Virus record (IMG/VR): IMGVR_UViG_3300008120_009089
Source: an uncultured virus (IMG/VR IMGVR_UViG_3300008120_009089)
Taxonomy: Duplodnaviria; Heunggongvirae; Uroviricota; Caudoviricetes
Reading direction: 5' to 3' (one strand)
DNA length: 64,000 nucleotides
The position numbers were made by a program, and so were the translations under genes. Positions 47,913-57,383 of the stretch are shown here, in pieces. The notes under the pieces are model-generated. The model did no database searches, was not told where the DNA came from, and saw nothing but the letters and a program-made list of their open reading frames with translations. Each line of letters opens with the position of its first letter. The first letter of the stretch is position 1.

Positions 47913-48134
47913 ATGAGAGCTTTTTTGATTATAGACACAGAAGATTTAAGAAAAGAAATTGAGGTAACACATACTCAAGTAAACTCCTTAATACCTATTA
48001 TTAAGAAGATAAATAAAAATCATAGTGATTATCAATCACATGATTCATGGGAATTATTTGTGGAAATTTTAAACACAGAACCCGTAATAAGTGTTGATGA
48101 TATAACATCAATAAATATCTCATATCATATTTAG
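47913..48134 (+). CDS. small hypothetical protein
   Basis: ORF 73 aa. Confidence 0.5.
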   Translation: MRAFLIIDTEDLRKEIEVTHTQVNSLIPIIKKINKNHSDYQSHDSWELFVEILNTEPVISVDDITSINISYHI

Positions 48135-48158
48135 TAATTAATTATAAAACAACATAAA

Positions 48159-48473
48159 ATGTTAAAACACGAAGTTAAAATTGAGTTTCAAAACTCAGAA
48201 GTTTTAAAATCTATTATTGAAAAATCCTACTTTGAGGAAGGAACTAATGGTAAATTATTTGGTAAAAGTAATTACTTAGTTATGTCTAGTGACATAGAAC
48301 CAGAAGCATTTGAAATCTTAAAAGAAGTTAAAAACTCAACAGTTAAAATCTGTAATCAAGAAATTATCGATGGTTCAATGAGATTTATCGTTGAGGAAAC
48401 TGAAGGTGAGTTGAGAATGTATCCAGCATCTATTTATTGTGTAAAAGAAGAAGATAAGTATAGCTTTTATTAA
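48159..48473 (+). CDS. hypothetical protein
   Basis: ORF 104 aa. Confidence 0.6.
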   Translation: MLKHEVKIEFQNSEVLKSIIEKSYFEEGTNGKLFGKSNYLVMSSDIEPEAFEILKEVKNSTVKICNQEIIDGSMRFIVEETEGELRMYPASIYCVKEEDKYSFY

Positions 48474-49117
48474 TATTCAAAATTATATTTATTACTTTTA
48501 AGTAAATTTATTCTTCTTTTTGTTATACAACAATTATCTATACCACCTATGATATAAGGTGGTATAGACTCTTTAAAACCTTGATAAATTGATATTTTAT
48601 GGTCTATCGTCGGATATGACATATCATTGGAGTTTAATTTCATATTTTCCAAAATGTTCTCTTTATCATAAAAATCAAGACCATCCCAAATCTCAAATAA
48701 ATAAGGTTTATTTCTATTGGTTATTCTATTAACTAATTTTCTATATTTTTTAAAATCAATAGAAGATTCAAATGGTATATAAATACCCTTTTCCTCTTTA
48801 GTTTTTATCATCTTATTCGAATTATTATATTTTGAGTCACCATATATTCTTTCTTTTGTAATAGAAGTCTTTTTATTTTTACAACCTTTACATGAATAAT
48901 AATTATATCTACTTTTATTCCTCAAATAGGCTCTATATTGTAGCTTTTTATGAGATCCACATATTTCACAACAACAATCTATTATAATTGGACTTTTATG
49001 AGATAAATGATTTATGTCAATTTCTATAATATCATACATCTTAACATCATAAAATTCACTTAGTCTGTTATAGTTTAGAGGAACTATTGTCGTTTTTATC
49101 TTTTTTGTTAATAACAT
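48470..49117 (-). CDS. putative HNH-like endonuclease
   Basis: CEICG..CKGC; PTIDHKIS...N...T.R.IN..K. Confidence 0.65.
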   Translation of the reverse strand: MLLTKKIKTTIVPLNYNRLSEFYDVKMYDIIEIDINHLSHKSPIIIDCCCEICGSHKKLQYRAYLRNKSRYNYYSCKGCKNKKTSITKERIYGDSKYNNSNKMIKTKEEKGIYIPFESSIDFKKYRKLVNRITNRNKPYLFEIWDGLDFYDKENILENMKLNSNDMSYPTIDHKISIYQGFKESIPPYIIGGIDNCCITKRRINLLKSNKYNFEY

Positions 49118-49194
49118 AAGATTCGTAATTTAATATATATATTAAATTACGAATGTCTGCTAATGGACATATGATAAAAAAATAAATTTTCCTT

Positions 49195-50214
49195 ATGATA
49201 AAACTTGATTGGAATGATATTAGTATAGTACCAGCGATGATCTCTTCAATTTCTTCAAGAAGTGAGATAAATCCATATTTAAATGATAAGTTACCACTAT
49301 TTACAGCTCCTATGGATACAGTAATAGATGAGAAAAACATAAATGAATTTGAAAAAAACTATATAAACATTTGCTTACCAAGAAATGTTAAGTATGATAC
49401 TTTAAAAAATGATAACTATTTTTACTCTTATGGATTAGACGAAATCTACAATTTATACAATTCAGATTCTAAATTACCAAAGAAGGTTCTTATTGACGTA
49501 GCAAACGGAAATATGCTTAGACTTTGGGAGGTTTCTAAACTATTAAAGGAAAAATTTGGAGACAACATTGAACTTATGGTTGGTAATATCGCTAATCCAA
49601 AAACTTATAGAGAATTTTGTGAAATTGGTGTTGATTGGATCAGAGTTGGTATTGGTGGTGGTTCTGCTTGTACAACTTCAGCTAACGTCGCTATTCACTA
49701 TCCAATGGCTTCTTTAATAAGAGAATGTAAAGATCTTTCTTATGGTGTTGATAAACCAACAAAGATTATCGCTGATGGTGGATTTAAAAACTTTTCAGAT
49801 ATAATTAAAGCTTTAGCGATGGGTGCTGATGCTGTTATGTTGGGTGGTGTTTTCAACAAATGTTTAGAAAGTTGTAGTGATAGTTTTTCTAAAAACGAAT
49901 TAGGAGACTTTACACAACTATCTAAAGAAGAAGCTGAGAAATACTTTGATGAAGGTGCTACTATCTATAAGTATTATAGAGGTATGTCAACAAAAGAAGT
50001 TCAAAAGTCTTGGAATAGAAAAGTAATTAAAACTGGAGAAGGCATTAGTAAATATAATAATGTAGAATATAAATTATCTGGTTGGTGTGAAAACTTTACA
50101 GATTATTTAAAGTCTGCTATGTCTTATACCGGGTGTAGAACTTTAGAAGAATACTGTGGAGAAGTTGAGTGGATTCAAATTAGTGATAACGCTTTTAATA
50201 GATTTAATAAGTAA
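49195..50214 (+). CDS. GMP reductase / IMP dehydrogenase family protein
   Basis: TAPMDTV, IDVANG, GNIA, GIGGGSACTT, IIADGG, YRGMST, SAMSYTG. Confidence 0.9.
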   Translation: MIKLDWNDISIVPAMISSISSRSEINPYLNDKLPLFTAPMDTVIDEKNINEFEKNYINICLPRNVKYDTLKNDNYFYSYGLDEIYNLYNSDSKLPKKVLIDVANGNMLRLWEVSKLLKEKFGDNIELMVGNIANPKTYREFCEIGVDWIRVGIGGGSACTTSANVAIHYPMASLIRECKDLSYGVDKPTKIIADGGFKNFSDIIKALAMGADAVMLGGVFNKCLESCSDSFSKNELGDFTQLSKEEAEKYFDEGATIYKYYRGMSTKEVQKSWNRKVIKTGEGISKYNNVEYKLSGWCENFTDYLKSAMSYTGCRTLEEYCGEVEWIQISDNAFNRFNK

Positions 50215-50215
50215 A

Positions 50216-50245
50216 CAAAAAACCAGTCAATGACTGGTTTTTTTT
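50216..50245. terminator. bidirectional terminator
   Basis: aaaaaaccagtca-a-tgactggtttttt. Confidence 0.8.
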
Positions 50246-50870
50246 ATTCATTATCTATTGATATAATATAATCTATTAGAGATTTGATACTATCAAACTT
50301 TTTAGTTCTATATTGAACGAGATATAATTCATTCTCACTAACATAATTAACCTTATGATCATAATCTTCTAAATGTTCATATTGAACACCAAACTGAACA
50401 ATATCTTTATGTTCACCATTTATTGTATAATTAACTCTTTTTAAGTTATCACCTAAAAATTTCATACTTTTTATGATTAAATCTAAATCAGTATTATCGA
50501 AATAGAATTTACTTAATTTAAAAGCAAATTGGTTTGTATCTGGATTAAATCCAGATGTAAAAAAACCTTTAAGTTGTTCAAAATACTTATTTGAGATATT
50601 ATATTTTTTACTCGTTGTTCCATGACCGTGTTCAAATATCCAATCACATTGTTCTTTATTAAAATCAAATATACTAACCGGTAATGACTTAGAATGAGAT
50701 TCTTCACCCTCTTCTTTTCTTTTTGTTAGAACAGCATTTATATCTCTAATTTTATCACCCAATTCGTTATATTCAATTCTTGACCAATGTAATAACTCTT
50801 CAAGATCCTCTGTATCCATTGAATCATAAGAATGAACTTTATTTTCGTTATAACTCTTTATGTATTTCAT
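50244..50870 (-). CDS. MKYIKSYNE-tag protein
   Basis: N-terminal tag. Confidence 0.65.
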   Translation of the reverse strand: MKYIKSYNENKVHSYDSMDTEDLEELLHWSRIEYNELGDKIRDINAVLTKRKEEGEESHSKSLPVSIFDFNKEQCDWIFEHGHGTTSKKYNISNKYFEQLKGFFTSGFNPDTNQFAFKLSKFYFDNTDLDLIIKSMKFLGDNLKRVNYTINGEHKDIVQFGVQYEHLEDYDHKVNYVSENELYLVQYRTKKFDSIKSLIDYIISIDNE

Positions 50871-51835
50871 TACTTTATATTTTTATTTTCATAATTGTGG
50901 TTTAATGTAATTCTCATAAATGTTCTACGTTTACCTTTACTAATCAAAAGAGTTTCATGTGGTGTATTACTTGACATAAAATACAATTGATTCTTTTCAA
51001 ATACAACTTTTCTATCATCGGTCAATTGTTCTTGCATTTTTTCAAATGAACCTTCTCCTAAAATCTCACCATAGAACTCACCACTCCAAGCCTGACACCC
51101 AACTTCAGTTGATACAGTTAGAATACCTCCTTTACTTTCAGACACATAATCAGCAATTGGAATAATAACATCTTTATACGGTAATACCCAATCCATTTTA
51201 ACATGAGAGTTATCAGACTTAGCTTCATATTGATACTCTTTTATACGAGCACCTCCCCAACTTGGTTGTGGTTCAGCACCACCCCAAGAAGCTTTAAAAT
51301 CATCATCGTACCTAGCACCACCCCAACTTGGCTTTGGTTCAGCACCACCCCAACTTGGCTTTGGTTCAGCACCACCCCAAGAAGCTTTAAATTCATCCTC
51401 GTAATCTTCAACATCATCGAAGAAATCATCACTTAAAACATCATCAACTTTTGTCTCGTTTAATTTTTTGAAGTTAGGATCAACACAAAAATTACCATCA
51501 ATATGAACTCCTTCTCTTCTAAGAAACTCATCAGTTGTGAAGAATTTAGTATCAATTGTAACATAGTGTGTATTCGCGCCTTCTTGTAGAGGTATATTTT
51601 TAATTACTTCATTAAAAGCTTCCTCCCATATTTTAAATCCTTCGGGTAAAGAAACCCAACCTCCTGTATTTTCAAATGGCATAACACTTAATTTAAAATC
51701 TCCAAACTCTGGATCTGGTAAAATAACTTCACCTAGATTTTTAACATTAGTTCTGTGATAGTTAACATTTTCTATCAATCTAACATTATTTCTTAAACTC
51801 TCTTTAAAATTTTCAATATTTTTCAAATACTTCAT
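50870..51835 (-). CDS. putative 2OG-Fe(II) oxygenase-fold protein with internal SWGGA repeats and N-terminal tag
   Basis: RREGVHIDG (HxD), TPHE (distal His), RTFMRIT (2OG-binding Arg). Confidence 0.55.
   Translation of the reverse strand: MKYLKNIENFKESLRNNVRLIENVNYHRTNVKNLGEVILPDPEFGDFKLSVMPFENTGGWVSLPEGFKIWEEAFNEVIKNIPLQEGANTHYVTIDTKFFTTDEFLRREGVHIDGNFCVDPNFKKLNETKVDDVLSDDFFDDVEDYEDEFKASWGGAEPKPSWGGAEPKPSWGGARYDDDFKASWGGAEPQPSWGGARIKEYQYEAKSDNSHVKMDWVLPYKDVIIPIADYVSESKGGILTVSTEVGCQAWSGEFYGEILGEGSFEKMQEQLTDDRKVVFEKNQLYFMSSNTPHETLLISKGKRRTFMRITLNHNYENKNIK
51245..51392 (-). repeat. five SWGGA peptide repeats (27-nt unit, nested duplication)
   Basis: FKASWGGAEPKP-SWGGAEPKP-SWGGARYDDD-FKASWGGAEPQP-SWGGARIK. 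Confidence 0.9.
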
Positions 51836-51866
51836 ACTTCATATTATTTTTTTATTACTTTATATA

Positions 51867-52768
51867 TTAAATATCAGATTTATATTTCCATATATAACCA
51901 CCACTAGATTTTGATTTACCAGTACAAACACTTCTTATACCCTGTGTCAATATACCCAAATCAACAGAGGCTGCTTTATATTCTCATACTCTTTTATGAA
52001 ATTTCCATTTAAATCATATTGATATATCGGTTTGAATTTATCACCTCCTTTATTAAAACTAACCGGTGTTAGATCACCTTCAAATCTCCACACATATCCA
52101 CCAACCATTTTAACTTTATTCTTACAACATTTTGATATATTGCCATGTGATAGGTTATTTATTTTAGAAGCGTTATTTATTGAGGGGTAAATATTTATTA
52201 AATTCATATCAATATCATACTGATAAACCGATTTACAGTCTTGTATTAAGATATCATTTAACTTTTGTTCTTCTGTTTTAGAATCCTCATATCTTTTATT
52301 AGATATTCTTAATTTATCACGTTCTTCTTCTTTACTAAAACGTTCTTTAGCTTTAATACTCAATTCTTTCTTAGTTTCCTCTGATAGAATAAGTTTATAG
52401 TTTTTATACCTTTCAATCTGTGATTCAGACATTTTTTTCTTTGTTTCATCGGACATTTTTTTATTCTTATTTCCACCTGAGTCCGTATTTGTCAGAGGAT
52501 GTCCCTCACTTTTAAATTTATCAATCCAATATATTTCTCTTTCGCATACCTCATTATATGATAATATATTCTCCTCAATTGACTCAATTATAGGTTTTAA
52601 ACCATTTAATTTTAAACTTTTAACCCAATTTGATTTATGAGATTTTGAGTTTTCCGAATAATGAGATTTAAGTCTTTGTTTTAAATCATTAAATGTTAAT
52701 CCAATATATCTAATTTCATTAGATATTGGGTCTATGAGCTTGTATATAGTATATTTTATTTCTTCCAT
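51867..52768 (-). CDS. GIY-YIG homing endonuclease with NUMOD repeats; -1 frameshift near 51975 in the last NUMOD1
   Basis: IYKL.DP...IRYIGLT, E.YWI, LTN..GG; the last domain is completed in another frame (VCTGKSKSSGGYIWKY, stop 51867). Confidence 0.8.
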
Positions 52769-52821
52769 ATACTATATATAATTTATTTTAACCTCCCCCC
52801 GTTAAAATTGTGTCGTTTTGG

Positions 52822-53622
52822 TTATTTCTTCACCATAAAAAAGAAACTGGAATTTGATTGACCCTTGATTTCATCCTCCACTTCTTTAACTTCTTCTTTA
52901 CCTTGAGATATTAAATCTGCGCTATTTATTTTTATCGAACCGGGAAGTTGAAAATCATAACGACCAACCATATTACCCAACATAACTTTAGACCAACCAA
53001 CACAATACTTATAAAAAAGATCATCTTTAAATAAATTTTCTCTTGGTATGTTAGCATAAGCCTCCATAACAACATCATATTTAACATCAGTTAATATGTG
53101 TATTCTGTGATTTAAGTGATTGAAGTGGTGTTTAAGTGTATATTTATTTAACTGATTTAACATATCACTCATGTTATCTAATACAGTTTTATATAAACCT
53201 AATTCACCAATAGTTGTTACATAAGATGATAGATATGGTTGATTTGTAACACCTAAGTTAACTGATAAATTTGGTGTATTAATACCTAATTGAAATAAAC
53301 TATCTCCTCGTACTTCATAAAGATAAGCAACTGACTGAATTTCACATGGAACTTCAACATATCTATAACTCGTAAATTCTTCGGTGAAGAAAGCTTCTTT
53401 TCTTATTAAGAAGTACATTTTCTGTACAGCGTATTGGTACCATCTGTAAAAATAAGGAAGAGCTCTATTTTCTATTATTTGTCTAACACTAGCATCTGGT
53501 AAAGTTTTAGGTAAAGCACACGCAATTGTTAACTCGGTTTGAACCAAATCAACCATTTCTTCAATTGTGTAGCCACCTTGGTAAGGAACATATTCATCAC
53601 CATAACCGTTTAAATCAGCCAT
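52822..53622 (-). CDS. neck protein, T4 gp13-like
   Basis: C-terminal LG...G.Y..QLPG.I.IN...L...G.EE...E.EI. Confidence 0.7.
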   Translation of the reverse strand: MADLNGYGDEYVPYQGGYTIEEMVDLVQTELTIACALPKTLPDASVRQIIENRALPYFYRWYQYAVQKMYFLIRKEAFFTEEFTSYRYVEVPCEIQSVAYLYEVRGDSLFQLGINTPNLSVNLGVTNQPYLSSYVTTIGELGLYKTVLDNMSDMLNQLNKYTLKHHFNHLNHRIHILTDVKYDVVMEAYANIPRENLFKDDLFYKYCVGWSKVMLGNMVGRYDFQLPGSIKINSADLISQGKEEVKEVEDEIKGQSNSSFFFMVKK

Positions 53623-53692
53623 AAAAATTATTTTATTTTAGTGTATATATTAAAATAATTTTACTATATTTGTAAGACAAAATCGGAGAGTT

Positions 53693-53869
53693 ATGAAAGG
53701 GAAAATTAAAATCGGAAAAATTACACAAGAGCAAATCTTAACAGTTTATAAGAAAGCGTCTAGAGAGATGGAATTAGAGAACTCTACTGGTTGGGTTGCT
53801 AAACATAAAGTTCATAAATCAGCTAAGAACTATACAAGAAAAGATAAACACAAAGTTAGCTTTGTATAA
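53693..53869 (+). CDS. small basic protein, ArfA-like (alternative ribosome rescue) C-terminal motif
   Basis: Not in the ORF track. 58 aa ...KKASREMELE...KHKVHKSAKNYTRKDKHK; follows TATATTTG (53665). Confidence 0.5.
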   Translation: MKGKIKIGKITQEQILTVYKKASREMELENSTGWVAKHKVHKSAKNYTRKDKHKVSFV

Positions 53870-53870
53870 T

Positions 53871-53900
53871 AAAAAAAGAGAGAATTTAATTCTCTCTTTT
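53871..53900. terminator. bidirectional terminator
   Basis: aaaagagagaatt-t-aattctctctttt. Confidence 0.8.
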
Positions 53901-54072
53901 ATTTTGAATATATTTTTCTAATTTTAGATTGTCTATTTGAAATTATCCATCGTCTCAATTCTTCAATGAACAAATTATCTGGGTATATTCTACCATTATT
54001 CCTATTCATTCGATCAAATTTTTGTAAAACTCCGTGTAAAATATATTTACCATCAACTATTTCTACTTTCAT
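53899..54072 (-). CDS. 57-aa mini-protein: prohead-protease N-terminal fragment plus RQSKIRKIY tail
   Basis: Not in the ORF track; ATGA overlap with the dnaJ stop; [57 protein letters not shown]. Confidence 0.7.
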   Translation of the reverse strand: MKVEIVDGKYILHGVLQKFDRMNRNNGRIYPDNLFIEELRRWIISNRQSKIRKIYSK

Positions 54073-55139
54073 ACTTTAAATGTATTTGAGTTTTTAAACT
54101 TCTCTAAAATCATTCTTTCATCAAGTGGAATATCTTTTGGTATTTTCAAATTAAATTTTATATAAAGATCTCCTAAACCATAATTTAAGTCTGGAATACC
54201 TTTACCTGAAATTCTAATTGTTTTCCCGTGTTCTGTTCCAGCTTCAACTAAAACCGGTATATCACCATGTGGTGTTGATACAGTTATATTATTACCACAA
54301 AGAGCATCTATAACAGATATTGTTTTTTCTACAACTATATTATTACCTTCTCTTTTGAATGAGAAGTCTTGAGCTTCTTCTATAATAATAAAAAGATCAC
54401 CTGGTATTCCATTTCTAACATCATTTCCATTACCATTCATTTTCAACTGCATTCCATTTGAAACACCTGCTGGTACTTGAATATCAACTACTTGTTCTTG
54501 TAAAGTAGTACCATCTCCATGGCAATGATTACACTTATTGTGAATTTGTTCACCAGAACCTCCACAATCTGGACAATGTGTTTGAGTTCTTACTTGTCCA
54601 AATGGTGTATTTTGAACAACAACTCTTTGTCCTGTTCCATTACAAACTAAACATTCTCTTACATCAGAACCTCCTTTTCCATCACAAGGATTACATTTTA
54701 CTTGTCTTCTGTATTTTAATTTTTTAGTTGTTCCTTTAAGTATCTCATCAATATTAACAACAACTTTAATTCTTAAATCACCACCTTTTTTAGTTCTTTG
54801 TCTTTGTTGTTGTCTTCCACCAAAAGGATTACCACCAAAGATATCACCAAACTGTGAAAATATATCATCCATTGAAAATCCGTGACCACCACCAAATGGA
54901 TTACCTCCTCCAAATGGATTACCACCAGTTGAACCAAATCTATCATAACTCTGGCGTTTAGAAGGATCGCTAAGAGTTTCATAAGCTTCAGCCGCCTCTT
55001 TAAATTTAGCCTCTGCTTCTGGATTATTAGGATTTTTATCTGGATGAAACTGCATAGCCATCTTACGATAAGCTTTTTTAATTTCATCATCAGTTGCTCC
55101 TTTATTAACTCCTAAAATAGTATAATAGTCTTTATTCAT
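54069..55139 (-). CDS. dnaJ: chaperone DnaJ
   Basis: J-domain HPD, G/F region, four CxxCxGxG repeats. Confidence 0.96.
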   Translation of the reverse strand: MNKDYYTILGVNKGATDDEIKKAYRKMAMQFHPDKNPNNPEAEAKFKEAAEAYETLSDPSKRQSYDRFGSTGGNPFGGGNPFGGGHGFSMDDIFSQFGDIFGGNPFGGRQQQRQRTKKGGDLRIKVVVNIDEILKGTTKKLKYRRQVKCNPCDGKGGSDVRECLVCNGTGQRVVVQNTPFGQVRTQTHCPDCGGSGEQIHNKCNHCHGDGTTLQEQVVDIQVPAGVSNGMQLKMNGNGNDVRNGIPGDLFIIIEEAQDFSFKREGNNIVVEKTISVIDALCGNNITVSTPHGDIPVLVEAGTEHGKTIRISGKGIPDLNYGLGDLYIKFNLKIPKDIPLDERMILEKFKNSNTFKV

Positions 55140-55151
55140 TTTTTAGATTTT

Positions 55152-55478
55152 TTATTTTAATATATTATTTAGTAATATGTCTCTTTTAATAGATTTAAGA
55201 GGTTCATTAAATCTTATTTTTGTATTTGAATTATAATCAAACCAAAATGAATCATTTTCATAAGTAGTCCAATTATAATCTTTTTTTGTATGAAATCTTA
55301 AAATTGGTAGTTTATTCATAATATCTCTACATAGTTCAATGATTTTATCTTCATCAAACTCTTCCTCATCTATTTTATTAACCTCATCACAAAAGTAGTC
55401 CATTACTTCACCAACAGTCTCATTAACTACTCTTAAATAGTTTTTATCTGTTCTAGTACTTTCGATATACCAATTCAT
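55152..55478 (-). CDS. hypothetical protein, C-terminal KRDILLNNILK
   Basis: ORF plus shared motif. Confidence 0.6.
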   Translation of the reverse strand: MNWYIESTRTDKNYLRVVNETVGEVMDYFCDEVNKIDEEEFDEDKIIELCRDIMNKLPILRFHTKKDYNWTTYENDSFWFDYNSNTKIRFNEPLKSIKRDILLNNILK

Positions 55479-56011
55479 TTTAATGTCTTTTTAAGTTTCA
55501 AATCTCTTATCTCTAATTTAATTTCATCATATGTTTTATTTCTACAATTAGAAATCATTTTGTTTATATAGTTTTGACAAACTAAGTTTAAAGTTTCTAT
55601 ACCCATATCTAAATACTTAAACTCTATTAAACAATTTTTAATTTTTGGTAGAAAGTCAACTAAATAGTTGATAAAATCATCAACATCCCAATATAGTTGA
55701 AATAATTCTAGCTTTTTATCACCATATTCCGAGAAATTAAATAAAGTTGGTTTGTTTATAAAAACCATAGACCAAGTTTTTCTAATGGCTGGTATGATAA
55801 GTACTTCTAGTTCATCCTCATCATCACCAATTTTACCAGATAATAAACTAAAAACCTCAATTCTATTATCTAAAACATATTCTAAATCAGATTTAAGATT
55901 TGATTTTAATTCATCATCAACACCAGTAAGCATAGAATCAACAAGACTTTGTTTATATAAGTCTTGTTGTAATAATTCTATAAAGCTTTTTTTGTTTACT
56001 GGTAAGTTCAT
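55475..56011 (-). CDS. hypothetical protein, C-terminal IRDLKLKKTLK
   Basis: ORF plus shared motif. Confidence 0.6.
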   Translation of the reverse strand: MNLPVNKKSFIELLQQDLYKQSLVDSMLTGVDDELKSNLKSDLEYVLDNRIEVFSLLSGKIGDDEDELEVLIIPAIRKTWSMVFINKPTLFNFSEYGDKKLELFQLYWDVDDFINYLVDFLPKIKNCLIEFKYLDMGIETLNLVCQNYINKMISNCRNKTYDEIKLEIRDLKLKKTLK

Positions 56012-56538
56012 TATTCACCTAATATGATTTTAGGATATCTAAATGGTTTACCATCTAATGTATATCCCTTACTAACAACATCAACAATTTTCTTTTCACC
56101 AATTGGTAAAATTGATATAACTTCGTGTAAATCAGTATCATACTCTTCAGTTTGAATAGTTTCAATTCCTTGACCTTTTAAAAACTTTTCAATTTTAGAA
56201 GCGATTAACTCAACACCTTCTCGAGCTGAATCATCTTTAATATTTTTGATTGCTAAAGAAATATCAGAGTCCATATCCAAAATAGAAGTAATCATAGAAA
56301 CTTTTGTATTATTTCTTAATTCTTCTTTTTCTTTGATAACTCTTTTTTTATAGTTATCAAATTCAGCAGCTAATCTTAAATAATTATTATTTGATTCTTT
56401 TAATTGTTCTTCTAAATGAGAAACGTGTAGTCTTGGATTATCTTCTAATACAATTTCTTCATTCTTACCAGTTAAGTCAAGACCAACTTTTTGATCATCA
56501 ATTTTCATACTCTCTACTTCAATCTTTTTATCTTCCAT
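56011..56538 (-). CDS. grpE: nucleotide exchange factor GrpE
   Basis: YLRLAAEFDNYKKR, D.DLHE, V.KGY.L.GK..R. Confidence 0.92.
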   Translation of the reverse strand: MEDKKIEVESMKIDDQKVGLDLTGKNEEIVLEDNPRLHVSHLEEQLKESNNNYLRLAAEFDNYKKRVIKEKEELRNNTKVSMITSILDMDSDISLAIKNIKDDSAREGVELIASKIEKFLKGQGIETIQTEEYDTDLHEVISILPIGEKKIVDVVSKGYTLDGKPFRYPKIILGE

Positions 56539-56542
56539 TTTA

Positions 56543-57031
56543 TTAATAATTAAATTTTAACATTTTCTTTATTGTTGCGGAGTTGTAAAACTCATAAGTA
56601 ACATTCTTATCAACTACTTTGTGTATTTCTAATTTTTCAACTTCTAATTTAAAGTTATCAACATATTCAACTAATTCTCTAAGAGATTTAGCATAAGATG
56701 CTGATGGTACCCAATAATCCGGAAACTTATCTAAAAATTTATCAACAGCTGTATCGAATGTTTTCTTTCTAATAAGTAAATATTCATTCACTTTAGAAGA
56801 TTTGTTTGTTAAGATTTCAATGATGTAATTATTAAATTTGAAAATTAAGTTATCAGTTTCAATAACTTTTAAAAGTCCAATAACAAGAGCATCTTGTTCA
56901 GAGATAGAAACTTCAGTATTTTCCCTTAAAATTCTCTCAGCTTCTTTATCGGAACCACCTAAAATGTAATAAACGTAAGTGTCCCATAAACATCTTTTAA
57001 CTATATCTTCTGGATATATATTTATAGTCAT
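56543..57031 (-). CDS. hypothetical protein
   Basis: ORF 162 aa, first gene of the grpE-dnaJ operon. Confidence 0.6.
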   Translation of the reverse strand: MTINIYPEDIVKRCLWDTYVYYILGGSDKEAERILRENTEVSISEQDALVIGLLKVIETDNLIFKFNNYIIEILTNKSSKVNEYLLIRKKTFDTAVDKFLDKFPDYWVPSASYAKSLRELVEYVDNFKLEVEKLEIHKVVDKNVTYEFYNSATIKKMLKFNY

Positions 57032-57113
57032 AATATTATAATATTTTTCTTTATTATAGAAACATACATATATAAAGTTTATAATGTAATATATAACACA
57101 AAAAAATTAAAGA

Positions 57114-57290
57114 ATGAAGCATAAAATCAAAACACCAAACGGAGTAGGAACTCTAGAGAAAATATACGCTAGTGAATTGGGGTTTTTAATGGTTAGAGTT
57201 TACTTTCCTGATACAAAATCATTTATAACATATAATGTTGATAAGTTAGAAAATTTTTTAGAAAATACACAATTAAAATTAGAAAAGTAG
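57114..57290 (+). CDS. small hypothetical protein (58 aa)
   Basis: Not in the ORF track. MKHKIKTPNGVGTLEKIYASELGFLMVRVYF... Confidence 0.55.
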   Translation: MKHKIKTPNGVGTLEKIYASELGFLMVRVYFPDTKSFITYNVDKLENFLENTQLKLEK

Positions 57291-57316
57291 TATATTTGTG
57301 GAAAATTTAAAAAGTA

Positions 57317-57383
57317 ATGGAACAGACAAAATACAATCGGACATATCATCTACCTTGGTCACCAGGATCAACAAATGATGATA
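57317..57383 (+). pseudogene. orphaned 5' fragment of the RNA ligase gene
   Basis: MEQTKYNRTYHLPWSPGSTNDD versus MSKYPRTYHLPFSPGTTNDD at 58386. Confidence 0.85.

Noticed and set aside
51245..51392. 27-nt repeats as a mini-CRISPR or diversity-generating retroelement
   Set aside because: They are in-frame coding repeats without unique spacers, and there is no reverse transcriptase or cas gene in the window.
54830..54935. GGNPF repeats in dnaJ
   Set aside because: Normal G/F-rich linker of DnaJ.
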